37,402 nucleotides of DNA from contig JASJGW010000124.1 of assembly GCA_033791305.1 (NCBI GenBank), positions 1 through 37,402 on the forward strand, given 5' to 3'. This stretch comes from Gammaproteobacteria bacterium (GTDB lineage: Bacteria; Pseudomonadota; Gammaproteobacteria; UBA9214). Every line of letters begins with the position of its first letter. Within the stretch, counting starts at the first letter, position 1. Below the pieces are notes generated by a model, which did not search any database, was not told the origin of the DNA, and worked only from the letters and a program-made list of their open reading frames with translations. Below are positions 1 to 8,271 of this stretch, in pieces. Made by a program: the position numbers and the translations under genes.

Positions 1-169
1 GGTAGTCAGTAAAGCGTTCATTCAGCTGGTTCAGTTCCCGTTGCAGTTTGTGGGTACGGCTGTTGCGGGAAAGGAGGGCATGGGTCACGATGGAGCCAAG
101 TGCAAGACCCAGCAGCAGACCCAGTATGCCAACTACCCACATGGAGCTTGTTCCGTCAAGCGTTACCAT
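1..169 (-). CDS. YhcB/DUF1043-family (ZapG-like) membrane protein, partial; 3' end runs off the window
   Basis: This is not in the ORF track because it is partial. Reverse-strand translation from the ATG at 169 (preceded by GGAGAGAAA) reads MVTLDGTSSMWVVGILGLLLGLALGSIVTHALLSRNSRTHKLQRELNQLNERFTDY. That is one N-terminal TM helix followed by a coiled-coil-like segment, as in E. coli YhcB. Confidence 0.5.
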   Translation of the reverse strand, partial: MVTLDGTSSMWVVGILGLLLGLALGSIVTHALLSRNSRTHKLQRELNQLNERFTDY

Positions 170-317
170 TTTCTCTCCTCTCTGGTGTGCGTGCGCCGGG
201 CAGTGCCGACGAATTGGAGCAACATTGTACTGGATTCCGTCGCCATGTGAACACTGTAAGTGCATTGGATGATGCATTCAGCAGAAATAATAGATATGTA
301 TTTCAACAAGATGTTAT

Positions 318-1061
318 TTATGCGATATTAATTTTCTGGGGGGCGGTGACAGCCGCAGGGCGTGGGCCAAAGAGTGCGCTGCCAACCCGGATCAGGGTGG
401 CTCCCTCGGCAATGGCCGCCTCAAAGTCTCCGCTCATGCCCATCGATAATTCACTGAAACCGGTCAAATCAAATCGTGCAGCGCAACTGTCACGCAAGTC
501 ACGCAAGGCCGAAAAGTCCGTGCGGCGTTCATCCAGTGCGGCTTCCCGGCGGCCTATGGTCATCAGTCCGCGTAACCGGATGCCATCGAGGCTGGCATTC
601 AGGAAATCATCAATAAATTGAAACACGGCATTGGCAGGTATGCCAAACTTGTCACGATCACCGGCGATGTTGACCTGCAGAAGTACATTCAGGACGCATG
701 TCGATTTGAGCGCGCTTTCGGAAAGCCTGGCTGCAAGCTTGATGCTGTCAAGCGTGTGCAGCCAGTCAAAATTACCGGGTATCATTTTTGCTTTGTTGCT
801 CTGCAAATGCCCGATAAAGTGCCACTCATTTTCCGGGTCTTCAATCAGGGCCTGTTTGGTCAGGGCATCCTGCACGGTGTTCTCTCCAAAACAGTGTTGT
901 CCGGCAGACATCGCGCTCTGCACATATTCGGGAGGCATATATTTGGTGATGGCTACCAGGCAGATGTCATCGACCGAGCGCCCCGATTGCATGGCTGCCA
1001 CGTGCATCCGGTTCCGGATAGCTTCGAGATTGTCCTGTATCTCTTCTGCTGTCAATGACAT
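318..1061 (-). CDS. yggS: YggS-family pyridoxal-phosphate homeostasis protein (PLPBP)
   Basis: The 247-aa ORF carries LVAITKY (PLP lysine), FGENTVQDA, HFIGHLQSNK and LSMGMSGDFEAAIAEGATLIRVGSALFG, which are hallmark YggS motifs. Confidence 0.9.
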   Translation of the reverse strand: MSLTAEEIQDNLEAIRNRMHVAAMQSGRSVDDICLVAITKYMPPEYVQSAMSAGQHCFGENTVQDALTKQALIEDPENEWHFIGHLQSNKAKMIPGNFDWLHTLDSIKLAARLSESALKSTCVLNVLLQVNIAGDRDKFGIPANAVFQFIDDFLNASLDGIRLRGLMTIGRREAALDERRTDFSALRDLRDSCAARFDLTGFSELSMGMSGDFEAAIAEGATLIRVGSALFGPRPAAVTAPQKINIA

Positions 1062-2023
1062 GGGGCAACCACCACATTACGTGGCCGGCCTTCCAGAAAG
1101 GCCCTGATGTTGGCAGCCAGTTCATTGATGAGTGTTTGCCGTGCGTTAACGGCTGCCCATGCATTGTGCGGGGTGACGATCAGGTTGGGAATTGAAGTAT
1201 CCAGCAACGGATTGCCATTGCGTGGTGGTTCTTCGCTTAGGACATCGACTGCTGCGCCAGCAATACGGCTGGTAAGCAGTGCCTGTAACAAGGCGGCCTC
1301 GTTAACAATACCGCCGCGGGCAGTGTTGATGAGCAGGGCATCTTCACGCATCAGTTCAAGTTCGTCACAGTCGATAAGATTGACTGTGGATTCGGTAAGG
1401 GGACAATGCAGGCTGATGATGTTTGACTGTGCAAGGACCTGGCCCAGCGGGATACGCCCTGTTTTCGGTTGGCTGTCGGTGCCGGGGCGCTGTGCGATCA
1501 GAATCTTCATGCCAAATGCCTCACCCATTCTTGCAACGGCCTTGCCCAGTTCTCCATAACCGATAATGCCCAGCGTTTGTCCGGCAAGTTCCCTGACAGG
1601 GTAATCAAGCAGGCAAAATGATGCTGCGTTGTGCCATTTGCCACTGCTAACAGCCCTGCGGTATTCATGGTGGCGTCGGGTCAGGGCAAGAATCACGGAG
1701 AAAACATGTTCCACCACGGAAGTGGTGGCATAGGCGCGGACATTGCACACGGTAATGTTACGTTCACCGGTGGCCACAAGATCGATATTATTGGTGCCGG
1801 TCGCTGCTACACAGATCAGGGCCAGGGAGTTGGTGGATAGCAGGATATCCCTGTCGACAGATACCTTGTTGGTGATGACGACGTTGGCGTTCTGGATGGC
1901 CCGCCGTACCTGAGCAGCACTGGTCTGTTCTTGCAAAGACCAGTCATCCAGCGTTGTTGTCAGCGGGCGGAGATCAAGGTCCTCCGGCCCAACCGTGTTG
2001 ATATCAAGGAATACCCCACGCAT
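1052..2023 (-). CDS. D-isomer-specific 2-hydroxyacid dehydrogenase (glycerate dehydrogenase/hydroxypyruvate reductase-like)
   Basis: It has the NAD-binding motif GIIGYGELGKAV and the catalytic Arg/Glu/His contexts NTARGGIV, VDVLSEEP and TPHNAWA. Its stop overlaps the yggS start by 10 nt (CCATGTCATTGA). Confidence 0.85.
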   Translation of the reverse strand: MRGVFLDINTVGPEDLDLRPLTTTLDDWSLQEQTSAAQVRRAIQNANVVITNKVSVDRDILLSTNSLALICVAATGTNNIDLVATGERNITVCNVRAYATTSVVEHVFSVILALTRRHHEYRRAVSSGKWHNAASFCLLDYPVRELAGQTLGIIGYGELGKAVARMGEAFGMKILIAQRPGTDSQPKTGRIPLGQVLAQSNIISLHCPLTESTVNLIDCDELELMREDALLINTARGGIVNEAALLQALLTSRIAGAAVDVLSEEPPRNGNPLLDTSIPNLIVTPHNAWAAVNARQTLINELAANIRAFLEGRPRNVVVAPCH

Positions 2024-2040
2024 TAGATCAGGCGGTGATA

Positions 2041-2613
2041 TTAGTCGTTGCCCAGCATTGCCCGCTTCAGTGACTTGGTGACAGGGTGTGGACCGATCCA
2101 GATGCCTAGCAGGGACCGGTAAAAGTCATTGCCCTCAACAACACCACGTAATTCCGCATTTATCCTGACCTCTGTACCGATGCCCGGGATATAGTCAATT
2201 CTAATTTGGTCACCTTTGAGCAGGTCCTGGAACAGGTCGTTGAATTTTTCCAGTTGTGGTTTGAGGGTCTGCATTTCCTGGTCTGAAAGATTGGCTTTCA
2301 GTCCATCCGTCCAGCCCTCAGTGATTTTCTCCTTGCTGACTTCGCCGTAAAGTATATGCATAAGGACACTTGCCGGACCGGTGTCGCTGAGTATCGCGCT
2401 TGCGTCCGGTGTCCTTGCCGGTAGATAGAGTGCCCCGATATAAATGTCGAGAAAGAATTTCTCCCTGATGCCGGCACCGTTAAGAAGCAGCGAGCTATCA
2501 ATGTTGGCAAATGCAAGGGTATCCGGAATTGCAATACCTTCAACTTCCTTTGCCATGATTGGGGAATTGGCAATAAAAAGACAGAACAACAGGATGATGG
2601 CTGATTTGTGCAT
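2041..2613 (-). CDS. Secreted chalcone-isomerase-like family protein
   Basis: It has the signal peptide MHKSAIILLFCLFIANSPIMA. The FFLDIYIGALYLP segment and its ~190-aa size are typical of bacterial chalcone-isomerase-like domain proteins. Confidence 0.65.
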   Translation of the reverse strand: MHKSAIILLFCLFIANSPIMAKEVEGIAIPDTLAFANIDSSLLLNGAGIREKFFLDIYIGALYLPARTPDASAILSDTGPASVLMHILYGEVSKEKITEGWTDGLKANLSDQEMQTLKPQLEKFNDLFQDLLKGDQIRIDYIPGIGTEVRINAELRGVVEGNDFYRSLLGIWIGPHPVTKSLKRAMLGND

Positions 2614-2640
2614 ATGAGTTCCCGGGATTTTCAGGTTATG

Positions 2641-3189
2641 TTATCCCTTGCGGGCCGGATGGCGAGTGATGTTTTCAACGTGAACAGGGAAGTGACTGGT
2701 CTTGACGTCTTTATAATAGCGTTCAAGCGTGAGCTTGACGACCGGGAAGGCAAGCTCGTCCCAGGGTATTTCATGTTCCTCAAACAGCCTGACATCCAGG
2801 CTCTCGGCTCCCGGGTGATAATCATCTCTTTCCAGATGCGCCCGGAACATCATATAGACCTGGTTGATTTGCGGGATGCTGAATACGCCGTATAGTGCCA
2901 TGTCAATAACGCTGGCTCCGGCTTCTTCCCGTGTTTCACGCGCGGCGGCCTGCTCGGTAGATTCTCCATTCTCCATGAAGCCTGCGGGCAGGGTCCACAA
3001 TCCGTAACGGGGTTCAATGGCACGTCTGCATAACAGTAAACGTTTGTCCCACACCGGAACACAGCCGGCCACAATATTCGGGTTCTGGTAATGTACGGTA
3101 TTGCAGGTACCGCAAACATAGCGTTGTCGATTGTCTCCGGCAGGGGTTTTCTCAGTCACCCGGGCGCCACACTTGCTGCAATAGATCAT
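2641..3189 (-). CDS. NUDIX hydrolase with N-terminal zinc ribbon
   Basis: MIYCSKCG...CGTCN forms a Cys4 ribbon. The Nudix box is GFMENGESTEQAAARETREEAGA. The ORF track extends it to a GTG at 3303 that overlaps the upstream stop, but I prefer the ATG at 3189 because the zinc ribbon normally sits at the extreme N-terminus. Confidence 0.8.
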   Translation of the reverse strand: MIYCSKCGARVTEKTPAGDNRQRYVCGTCNTVHYQNPNIVAGCVPVWDKRLLLCRRAIEPRYGLWTLPAGFMENGESTEQAAARETREEAGASVIDMALYGVFSIPQINQVYMMFRAHLERDDYHPGAESLDVRLFEEHEIPWDELAFPVVKLTLERYYKDVKTSHFPVHVENITRHPARKG

Positions 3190-3295
3190 GTGATTCTTTT
3201 TGTATATTAAAGAGTTGTAACGAATAGTACTTAAAGACAGGGGTGAATGCCATGCGGGCTCGACTGTCCCAGTACCCTTGTAGCCTGATATCTTG

Positions 3296-3817
3296 TTATT
3301 CACGAATGAATTTCCCGGCCAGTGTCAGGCCCAGCATGGTCTTGGCATCAAAAATCGTGCCGTCATAAACCTGTTCCAGTGCCTGGTCGAACGGTATCCA
3401 GTGGATCTCGATCAGTTCATGTTCCTCCGGTTGTGCCGGTACGGCTGTTAACTCGCGTGCCAGGTACAGATGAATGATTTCATCGCTGTAACCCGGGGTG
3501 ACAAGGGTCTTTCCCAGGGTATCCCAATGGCTGGCTTGCAGTCCCGCTTCTTCAACCAGTTCACGCGCTGCAGTGGTGCGGGGCTGTTCATGTGCTTCAA
3601 GCCGGCCAGCCGGTAATTCCCACAACCAGCCACCGCCGGCATGCCGGTACTGGCGTAGCAGGCAAACCTTGTCCTGCCGGTCCAGTGCCACGACGGCTGC
3701 TCCCCCGGGGTGGCGGACTACTTCGAGTTCCAGGGGGTTCCCGTTGGGTAAGGTCAGGGATTCCAGCCCGAGTTGGAGTATCCGTCCCTGATATATCAAT
3801 TTGGTCGTGTGTGGCAA
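3296..3817 (-). CDS. NUDIX hydrolase, ADP-ribose pyrophosphatase-like
   Basis: The Nudix box is GRLEAHEQPRTTAARELVEEAGL. The overall 173-aa layout resembles NudF-type ADP-sugar pyrophosphatases. Confidence 0.8.
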   Translation of the reverse strand: MPHTTKLIYQGRILQLGLESLTLPNGNPLELEVVRHPGGAAVVALDRQDKVCLLRQYRHAGGGWLWELPAGRLEAHEQPRTTAARELVEEAGLQASHWDTLGKTLVTPGYSDEIIHLYLARELTAVPAQPEEHELIEIHWIPFDQALEQVYDGTIFDAKTMLGLTLAGKFIRE

Positions 3818-3866
3818 AGGGTTCTCCCGGTACAGGACTTACCCTACTATAGTAGCAGCACATTCT

Positions 3867-4319
3867 ATGATTCATGCCTGTCAGGGGGCCCGGGTGCAAC
3901 CATTCTTTGAAAAACAGCCAGTACGCTTTTCCTGTACGCAATGTGGGAAATGCTGTCTGACAGGTGGTGATTATTACGTATATCTTACTGCAGCAGAATC
4001 GGAAGCAATTCGTAATCGGCTGCAGCTGTCACGCAGCTGGTTCCACAGGCGCTACCTGGGGCGTCTGGAAGCGGGTGAACGGGTGCTTGCTTCAGGCAAA
4101 GACGCACGTTGTATCTTTCTGGATGATAGTGGGCAATGTCGGGTCTATTCTGTCCGTCCGCTGCAATGCAGGACCTATCCGTTCTGGCCGGAACTGACCG
4201 GGAGTGCCAGGGCCTGGAATAGCGAGGCGCGGCGTTGCGAAGGCATTAATCGGGGCGCGGTAATCCCGGTTACAACCATTCGCCGGAATGTCAATGCCTG
4301 TCTGGATCAGGAGAATTAA
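3867..4319 (+). CDS. YkgJ-family cysteine-cluster protein (UPF0153)
   Basis: It has the FSCTQCGKCC (CxxCxxCC) motif plus the distal Cys contexts CIFL, GQCRVY and RPLQCRTYPFWP. The ATG at 3867 is preferred over the ORF-track start at 3801, which overlaps the divergent NUDIX gene. Confidence 0.75.
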   Translation: MIHACQGARVQPFFEKQPVRFSCTQCGKCCLTGGDYYVYLTAAESEAIRNRLQLSRSWFHRRYLGRLEAGERVLASGKDARCIFLDDSGQCRVYSVRPLQCRTYPFWPELTGSARAWNSEARRCEGINRGAVIPVTTIRRNVNACLDQEN

Positions 4320-4347
4320 CGGGATAGCAGATGATGCAATTTGTCGG

Positions 4348-5181
4348 TTAAGTGCAAGGTTCGAAAATGCCGAGCAGTTGACCGGCGTTGGCGGGTGCAT
4401 ATGGGTCGTGATACAGGTTGACCAGTTGCATGCCTTGTACGGGGGCAAGTAACGGGCCTTTGGTAAGGGTATCAAAGACATCGCCACCAAGTAATTGTTG
4501 CGTAATCGTGAGATACAGCCGGTCTACGACCCTGGCCTGCAGCAAGGTATGAAAAACAGCTGGACCGGCTATGGCATAGACGCTCCTGTAACCCCGCGCT
4601 GCAAGCTCGGGAATCATCATGCTGCCATCAACCTGTGTACCAGTACCGGCGTGAATGACCTCAAGCCCTTGTCTCTGAAGTTTTTTGCGCTTCGTCTGGT
4701 CGGCTTCTTCTCCGGTGATAACCAGTATCCTGCGTTCCCGGTAGGGTTCCAGTGCAGAGAGCGGTATATCCAGGCTGCCAGTGAGAATCGCGATGTCCGG
4801 CTGCTCTGGCAAACCCTGGCCAATTCGCCAGTTACGGATATCCGCAAATACCGGCTGGTTGTCTACCGGCAGGATGTCTTGTGCCTCTCCGATGATACTT
4901 TGCCGGTAGAAGCGGCCACTGGTTATCAGTAAATCGGCCTGCCCGGCCAGTTCCTGGTACAGCCGCCAGTCACGCGGGTTGCCCGTCGCTGCCGGTATGG
5001 TGTGGGTGGTGCGGTCGCTGATACCGATAGCGATACGGCCATCCAGTGTGGTAATGAAATTGCTGTAGACGAATGGCCGGTTTGACTGTCCCCTGGTGTG
5101 CAACCGATGCTGCAGGTACAGTCCTTCCAGCGGGCATTGTGCTCCCGGCGACGGAAAGAGGCGGGTTACTGGTGTTTGCAT
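4348..5181 (-). CDS. RibD C-terminal-domain (dihydrofolate-reductase-like) reductase; no deaminase domain
   Basis: NFITTLDGRIA and AGPAVFHTLLQARVVDRLYLTI are typical of the RibD_C pyrimidine-reductase fold. The start is uncertain (5181 or 5253). Confidence 0.7.
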   Translation of the reverse strand: MQTPVTRLFPSPGAQCPLEGLYLQHRLHTRGQSNRPFVYSNFITTLDGRIAIGISDRTTHTIPAATGNPRDWRLYQELAGQADLLITSGRFYRQSIIGEAQDILPVDNQPVFADIRNWRIGQGLPEQPDIAILTGSLDIPLSALEPYRERRILVITGEEADQTKRKKLQRQGLEVIHAGTGTQVDGSMMIPELAARGYRSVYAIAGPAVFHTLLQARVVDRLYLTITQQLLGGDVFDTLTKGPLLAPVQGMQLVNLYHDPYAPANAGQLLGIFEPCT

Positions 5182-5273
5182 GCTCGTGATTTCCTGTTGA
5201 TGTTCAGTATACTCAGGAAAGTTTTCTCCAGGAACCGGATGCAGTGCGGGCATTTATCTGGTGGGGATAAGAC

Positions 5274-5297
5274 AAAAAAAAGGGGCCTTCTGGCCCC
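5274..5297 (-). terminator. Rho-independent terminator after iscU
   Basis: The minus strand reads GGGGCC-AGAA-GGCCCC followed by eight T, 27 nt downstream of the iscU stop. Confidence 0.75.
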
Positions 5298-5323
5298 ATT
5301 TTCATGCTAGCAGCTTGGCGTGA

Positions 5324-5728
5324 TCAGGCTTCTGCTACCTGTTTTACGTCAACAGACTTGCCTTGAAAATCTGCAATCGCAGCCTTGATAGCATCTTCGG
5401 CCAGTACCGAGCAGTGTATTTTGACAGGTGGTAATGCAAGTTCTTCTGCAATTTCGGTATTTTTGATTTGCTTGGCCTCATCAAGTGATTTGCCCTTGAC
5501 CCATTCTGTCAACAGGGAACTCGAAGCAATCGCAGATCCGCAGCCATAAGTCTTAAACTTGGCGTCTTCAATGACGCCGTTGTCACCAACCTTGATTTGC
5601 AGTCGCATTACGTCACCACATGCCGGTGCTCCTACCATGCCCGTGCCAATATGCTTGTCTTCCTTGTCGAATGAACCTACATTGCGCGGGTTTTCGTAGT
5701 GGTCCAGTACTTTCTCACTATAAGCCAT
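5324..5728 (-). CDS. iscU: Fe-S cluster assembly scaffold IscU
   Basis: MAYSEKVLDHYENPRNVGSF, the three ligand Cys contexts (APACGD, YGCGSAIA, IHCSVLA) and the LPPVK HscA-binding motif are all present. Confidence 0.95.
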   Translation of the reverse strand: MAYSEKVLDHYENPRNVGSFDKEDKHIGTGMVGAPACGDVMRLQIKVGDNGVIEDAKFKTYGCGSAIASSSLLTEWVKGKSLDEAKQIKNTEIAEELALPPVKIHCSVLAEDAIKAAIADFQGKSVDVKQVAEA

Positions 5729-5767
5729 AATCCAATCCTCCAGTTAGTCCTGCTATCTTGAAATCTG

Positions 5768-6211
5768 TTACGCCGCTGTCTGCTTGAACCCTGAATCAAA
5801 TATCGGGGTTTCTGTATCACTGCTGGCTGCTGATACCGCCTCTTCCAGTGTAATGCTGTTGAGGTAGTCATAGATGCGGTTACTCAGGTGCAGCCACATT
5901 TGTGCGCCAGCTGGTGCCTCACCCTGAGTATGCGGCATTTCTTCACGGCGGCTAACATCATCAACAGTCGCCAGAATATTGGCAATCGTGATCTCGGATG
6001 CCGAACGGGCCAGACAATAGCCGCCGCCGGGCCCCCGCATGCCGGTCACAAGACCGTGCTGGCGCAGGCGTGCAAACAGCTGCTCAAGATATGAGATCGA
6101 GATGGACTGCTGTGCAGAAATGTCTGCCAGTGTCACCGGCCCGGTCTTGTGCTGCAGTGCCAGTTCCATCATTGCCGTGACGGCATGGCGTCCTTTTGTT
6201 GATAGCTTCAT
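5768..6211 (-). CDS. iscR: Rrf2-family regulator, IscR-like but lacking the Fe-S ligand cysteines
   Basis: The N-terminal wHTH MKLSTKGRHAVTAMMELAL...ISISYLEQLFARLRQHGLV...GPGGGYCLAR aligns closely with E. coli IscR. The region where Cys92/98/104/His107 lie reads VDDVSRREEMPHTQGEAPAGAQMWLHL and contains no Cys. Confidence 0.85.
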   Translation of the reverse strand: MKLSTKGRHAVTAMMELALQHKTGPVTLADISAQQSISISYLEQLFARLRQHGLVTGMRGPGGGYCLARSASEITIANILATVDDVSRREEMPHTQGEAPAGAQMWLHLSNRIYDYLNSITLEEAVSAASSDTETPIFDSGFKQTAA

Positions 6212-6328
6212 GATAACCTCAATAAATACGGTACTGCTTGTTGCTAACGATTGTGCTGGTCCGTATCCCTATCCAGCATCAACGGTCGCCTGAACCCATT
6301 GATGATTCCAGGCTGCTTGGATGTGTAT

Positions 6329-6358
6329 ATAATAGTAATAGTTGAGTCTTTTAGTCAA
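6329..6358 (-). promoter_or_regulatory. Candidate sigma-70 promoter of iscR-iscU
   Basis: The minus strand reads TTGACT, an 18-nt spacer, then TATTAT, about 115 nt upstream of the iscR ATG. Confidence 0.4.
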
Positions 6359-6362
6359 GATT
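6338..6362. promoter_or_regulatory. IscR type-1-like operator
   Basis: ATAGTTGAGTCTTTTAGTCAAGATT compares with the E. coli type-1 motif as I recall it (ATASYYGACTRWWWYAGTCRRSTAT). By hand, about 20 of 25 positions agree. It overlaps the -35/spacer of the predicted promoter. Confidence 0.4.
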
Positions 6363-6405
6363 TCAACTGTTCGAAATTTTTACAGGTGTTACAATAAATG
6401 CATTG

Positions 6406-6423
6406 TTATCAACAAGTTGATAA
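6406..6423. promoter_or_regulatory. Perfect palindrome TTATCAAC-AA-GTTGATAA (candidate operator)
   Basis: This is an 8+8 bp perfect inverted repeat in the divergent iscR/rsd intergenic region. It contains GATAA(T/C) half-sites. Confidence 0.3.
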
Positions 6424-6687
6424 TTCTCTACCCTGATGTGGGTATACCGGCAAGTACTGACCATATCATTCTAGGATGTTAGCCGTTGGGCCTTTCATAA
6501 AGGTGGTGATGGCGAACGAACTAACGATAAAACTGATGCAATTACATCGGCTTGCTGCAAAGCAGTCGTCAATGCGAGGAGACATTGGACCGACGTTTGA
6601 TACAATAGCCGGAGGAAGACGGTTTGAGCCGGTTTTAATCGGTTTCAGGTCCGCAGCACACTGAAATTTATCAGCCAGGAGCAGAAA

Positions 6688-7143
6688 ATGGGATCATATA
6701 TGCCGGGTGGCGTGGATCGCCGCAAAAAGTCACATGAAAAACTTGAGGCACTCGTTACATCACGAACTACAACATTGTCATTATTGACAGAGCTCGCTGG
6801 CCGGCGGCCATTTACACCTGATCCTTCTATGGAGAAAGCACTGCGCGAGTTTTGTGAGGCCTTGATCGATTATACAGCCAGTGCCCATTTCCAATTGTAC
6901 CGCTACCTGGCCGACAATCGAGAGCGGCGGACCTCGGTATTGAGCATCGCTGACGGGCTTTATCCGAAGATCGTGGAAACAACAGACCAGATTCTGCGTT
7001 TTAATGATAAATACGAGACCATGTCACTGGGCAACAGCGTTGAATTTCTGGCAGTTGACCTGTCCAACCTGGCTGAATGTATTGCTGAACGTATTCAGTG
7101 TGAGGATGAGGTGATTTCAGCTATGGGTAGTGGTGTTCACTAG
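6688..7143 (+). CDS. rsd: Rsd/AlgQ-family anti-sigma-70 regulator
   Basis: FCEALIDYTASAHFQLYRYL matches E. coli Rsd FCQSLVDYLSAGHFSIYERI. The size (151 aa) fits, and an AGGAG lies 6 nt before the ATG. Confidence 0.75.
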   Translation: MGSYMPGGVDRRKKSHEKLEALVTSRTTTLSLLTELAGRRPFTPDPSMEKALREFCEALIDYTASAHFQLYRYLADNRERRTSVLSIADGLYPKIVETTDQILRFNDKYETMSLGNSVEFLAVDLSNLAECIAERIQCEDEVISAMGSGVH

Positions 7144-7171
7144 CTATATCGCTCTTAAAGATAGATGTTAC

Positions 7172-7256
7172 AGCCACGAAATTCACTGAAAGACACGAAA
7201 GAATCAATACTCTATTAGCAATATTTCCGTGTTCTTCCGTGGATTTCGTGGCTATT
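7172..7256. repeat. Imperfect ~85-bp palindromic intergenic element rich in CACGRAA motifs, copy A
   Basis: The left arm is AGCCACGAAATTCACTGAAAGACACGAAAGAA. The reverse complement of the right arm is AGCCACGAAATCCACGGAAGAACACGGAAA. It is homologous to the element at 26590-26673. Confidence 0.6.
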
Positions 7257-7341
7257 AAAAAAATCTGGCACTCAGCATAATTCGGTTCCGGCAGTATGGT
7301 TGTGTTGTCACTCACCCGCCTGTTTACAGGAGATATGTTCC

Positions 7342-8175
7342 ATGGCAGATGACCACACCGTACCGGCAACGATTGAAGATTTACTGGAAATTATGGCGCA
7401 GCTCCGTAAGCCCGAGACAGGCTGTCCGTGGGACCTGCAGCAGGATTTCCGCTCCATCGCGCCATATACACTGGAAGAGGCCTATGAAGTCGTTGATGCT
7501 ATCGAGCAGGGGGAGGAGCGCGCCCTTAAAGAGGAATTGGGTGACTTGTTGTTCCAGGTTGTCTATCACGCGCAAATGGCACATGAAGCGGGCTGGTTTG
7601 ACTTTAATGCGGTGATAGCCGGGATCTGCGAGAAGATGGTGCGCCGTCATCCGCACGTGTTTGGTGATGACGTCATCAAGACCGCTGCAGCGCAGACACG
7701 AGCATGGGAGTTACACAAGGAAAGGGAGAGGGGGCGGCAGGGGAGTGTTCTTGATAGTGTGCCTCTGGCATTGCCTGCATTGACGCGTGCCGCCAAGTTG
7801 CAGAAAAGAGCATCGCGCGTTGGTTTCGACTGGCCGAGCATTCACGGGGTGTCTGACAAAGTCGAAGAGGAGCTGGAAGAATTGTGTGAGGAAATACAAA
7901 GTAATGCGGGTGCTGATGCCCTGATGGATGAAGCCGGCGACCTGCTGTTTGCTGTGGTAAATATGGTGAGGCATGCCGGGATAGATCCTGAGGCAGCATT
8001 ACGCCAGGGTAACCGGAAATTTTCCCGCCGCTTCCGGATGGTTGAAAAGCTCACTGAGGCGGCGGGAATGACGGTTGCAGAAACTGATCTTGATACGCTG
8101 GATTGTTACTGGGACCAGGTAAAGGAACTGGAAGTGACCGACCATCAATCCGGCAACGCGGCAGATACTTCATGA
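7342..8175 (+). CDS. mazG: Nucleoside triphosphate pyrophosphohydrolase MazG
   Basis: LLEIMAQLRKPETGCPWDLQQDFRSIAPYTLEEAYEVVDAIE and a second EELxE repeat show a tandem MazG domain organisation. The ATG at 7342 is preferred over 7300. Confidence 0.9.
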   Translation: MADDHTVPATIEDLLEIMAQLRKPETGCPWDLQQDFRSIAPYTLEEAYEVVDAIEQGEERALKEELGDLLFQVVYHAQMAHEAGWFDFNAVIAGICEKMVRRHPHVFGDDVIKTAAAQTRAWELHKERERGRQGSVLDSVPLALPALTRAAKLQKRASRVGFDWPSIHGVSDKVEEELEELCEEIQSNAGADALMDEAGDLLFAVVNMVRHAGIDPEAALRQGNRKFSRRFRMVEKLTEAAGMTVAETDLDTLDCYWDQVKELEVTDHQSGNAADTS

Positions 8176-8271
8176 GTCCGGGGGCTGCCCGGTCTTTTTC
8201 TTGTGTGTTGTCAGGTATTCAGGTACAAATAAAATCCTGTTGCAGGCAGTTTTAAACCAGAGACAGTTATC

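Noticed and set aside
100-1107. + strand ORFs 100-621, 618-1058 and 631-1107 (146-173 aa).
   Set aside because: They lie antisense to the well-supported yggS gene. Their translations are Arg/Ser/Ala-rich low-complexity sequence with no recognisable motifs.
3190-3303. N-terminal extension of the zinc-ribbon NUDIX gene to a GTG at 3303, overlapping the upstream stop (GTGAATAA).
   Set aside because: The extension (MNNKISGYKGTGTVEPAWHSPLSLST...) has no family features, and the Cys4 ribbon normally starts the protein. I kept it only as an alternative start.
7121-7369. - strand 82-aa ORF spanning the rsd-mazG spacer.
   Set aside because: It is built largely from the palindromic repeat element and overlaps the mazG start. 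It has no SD sequence or motif support.
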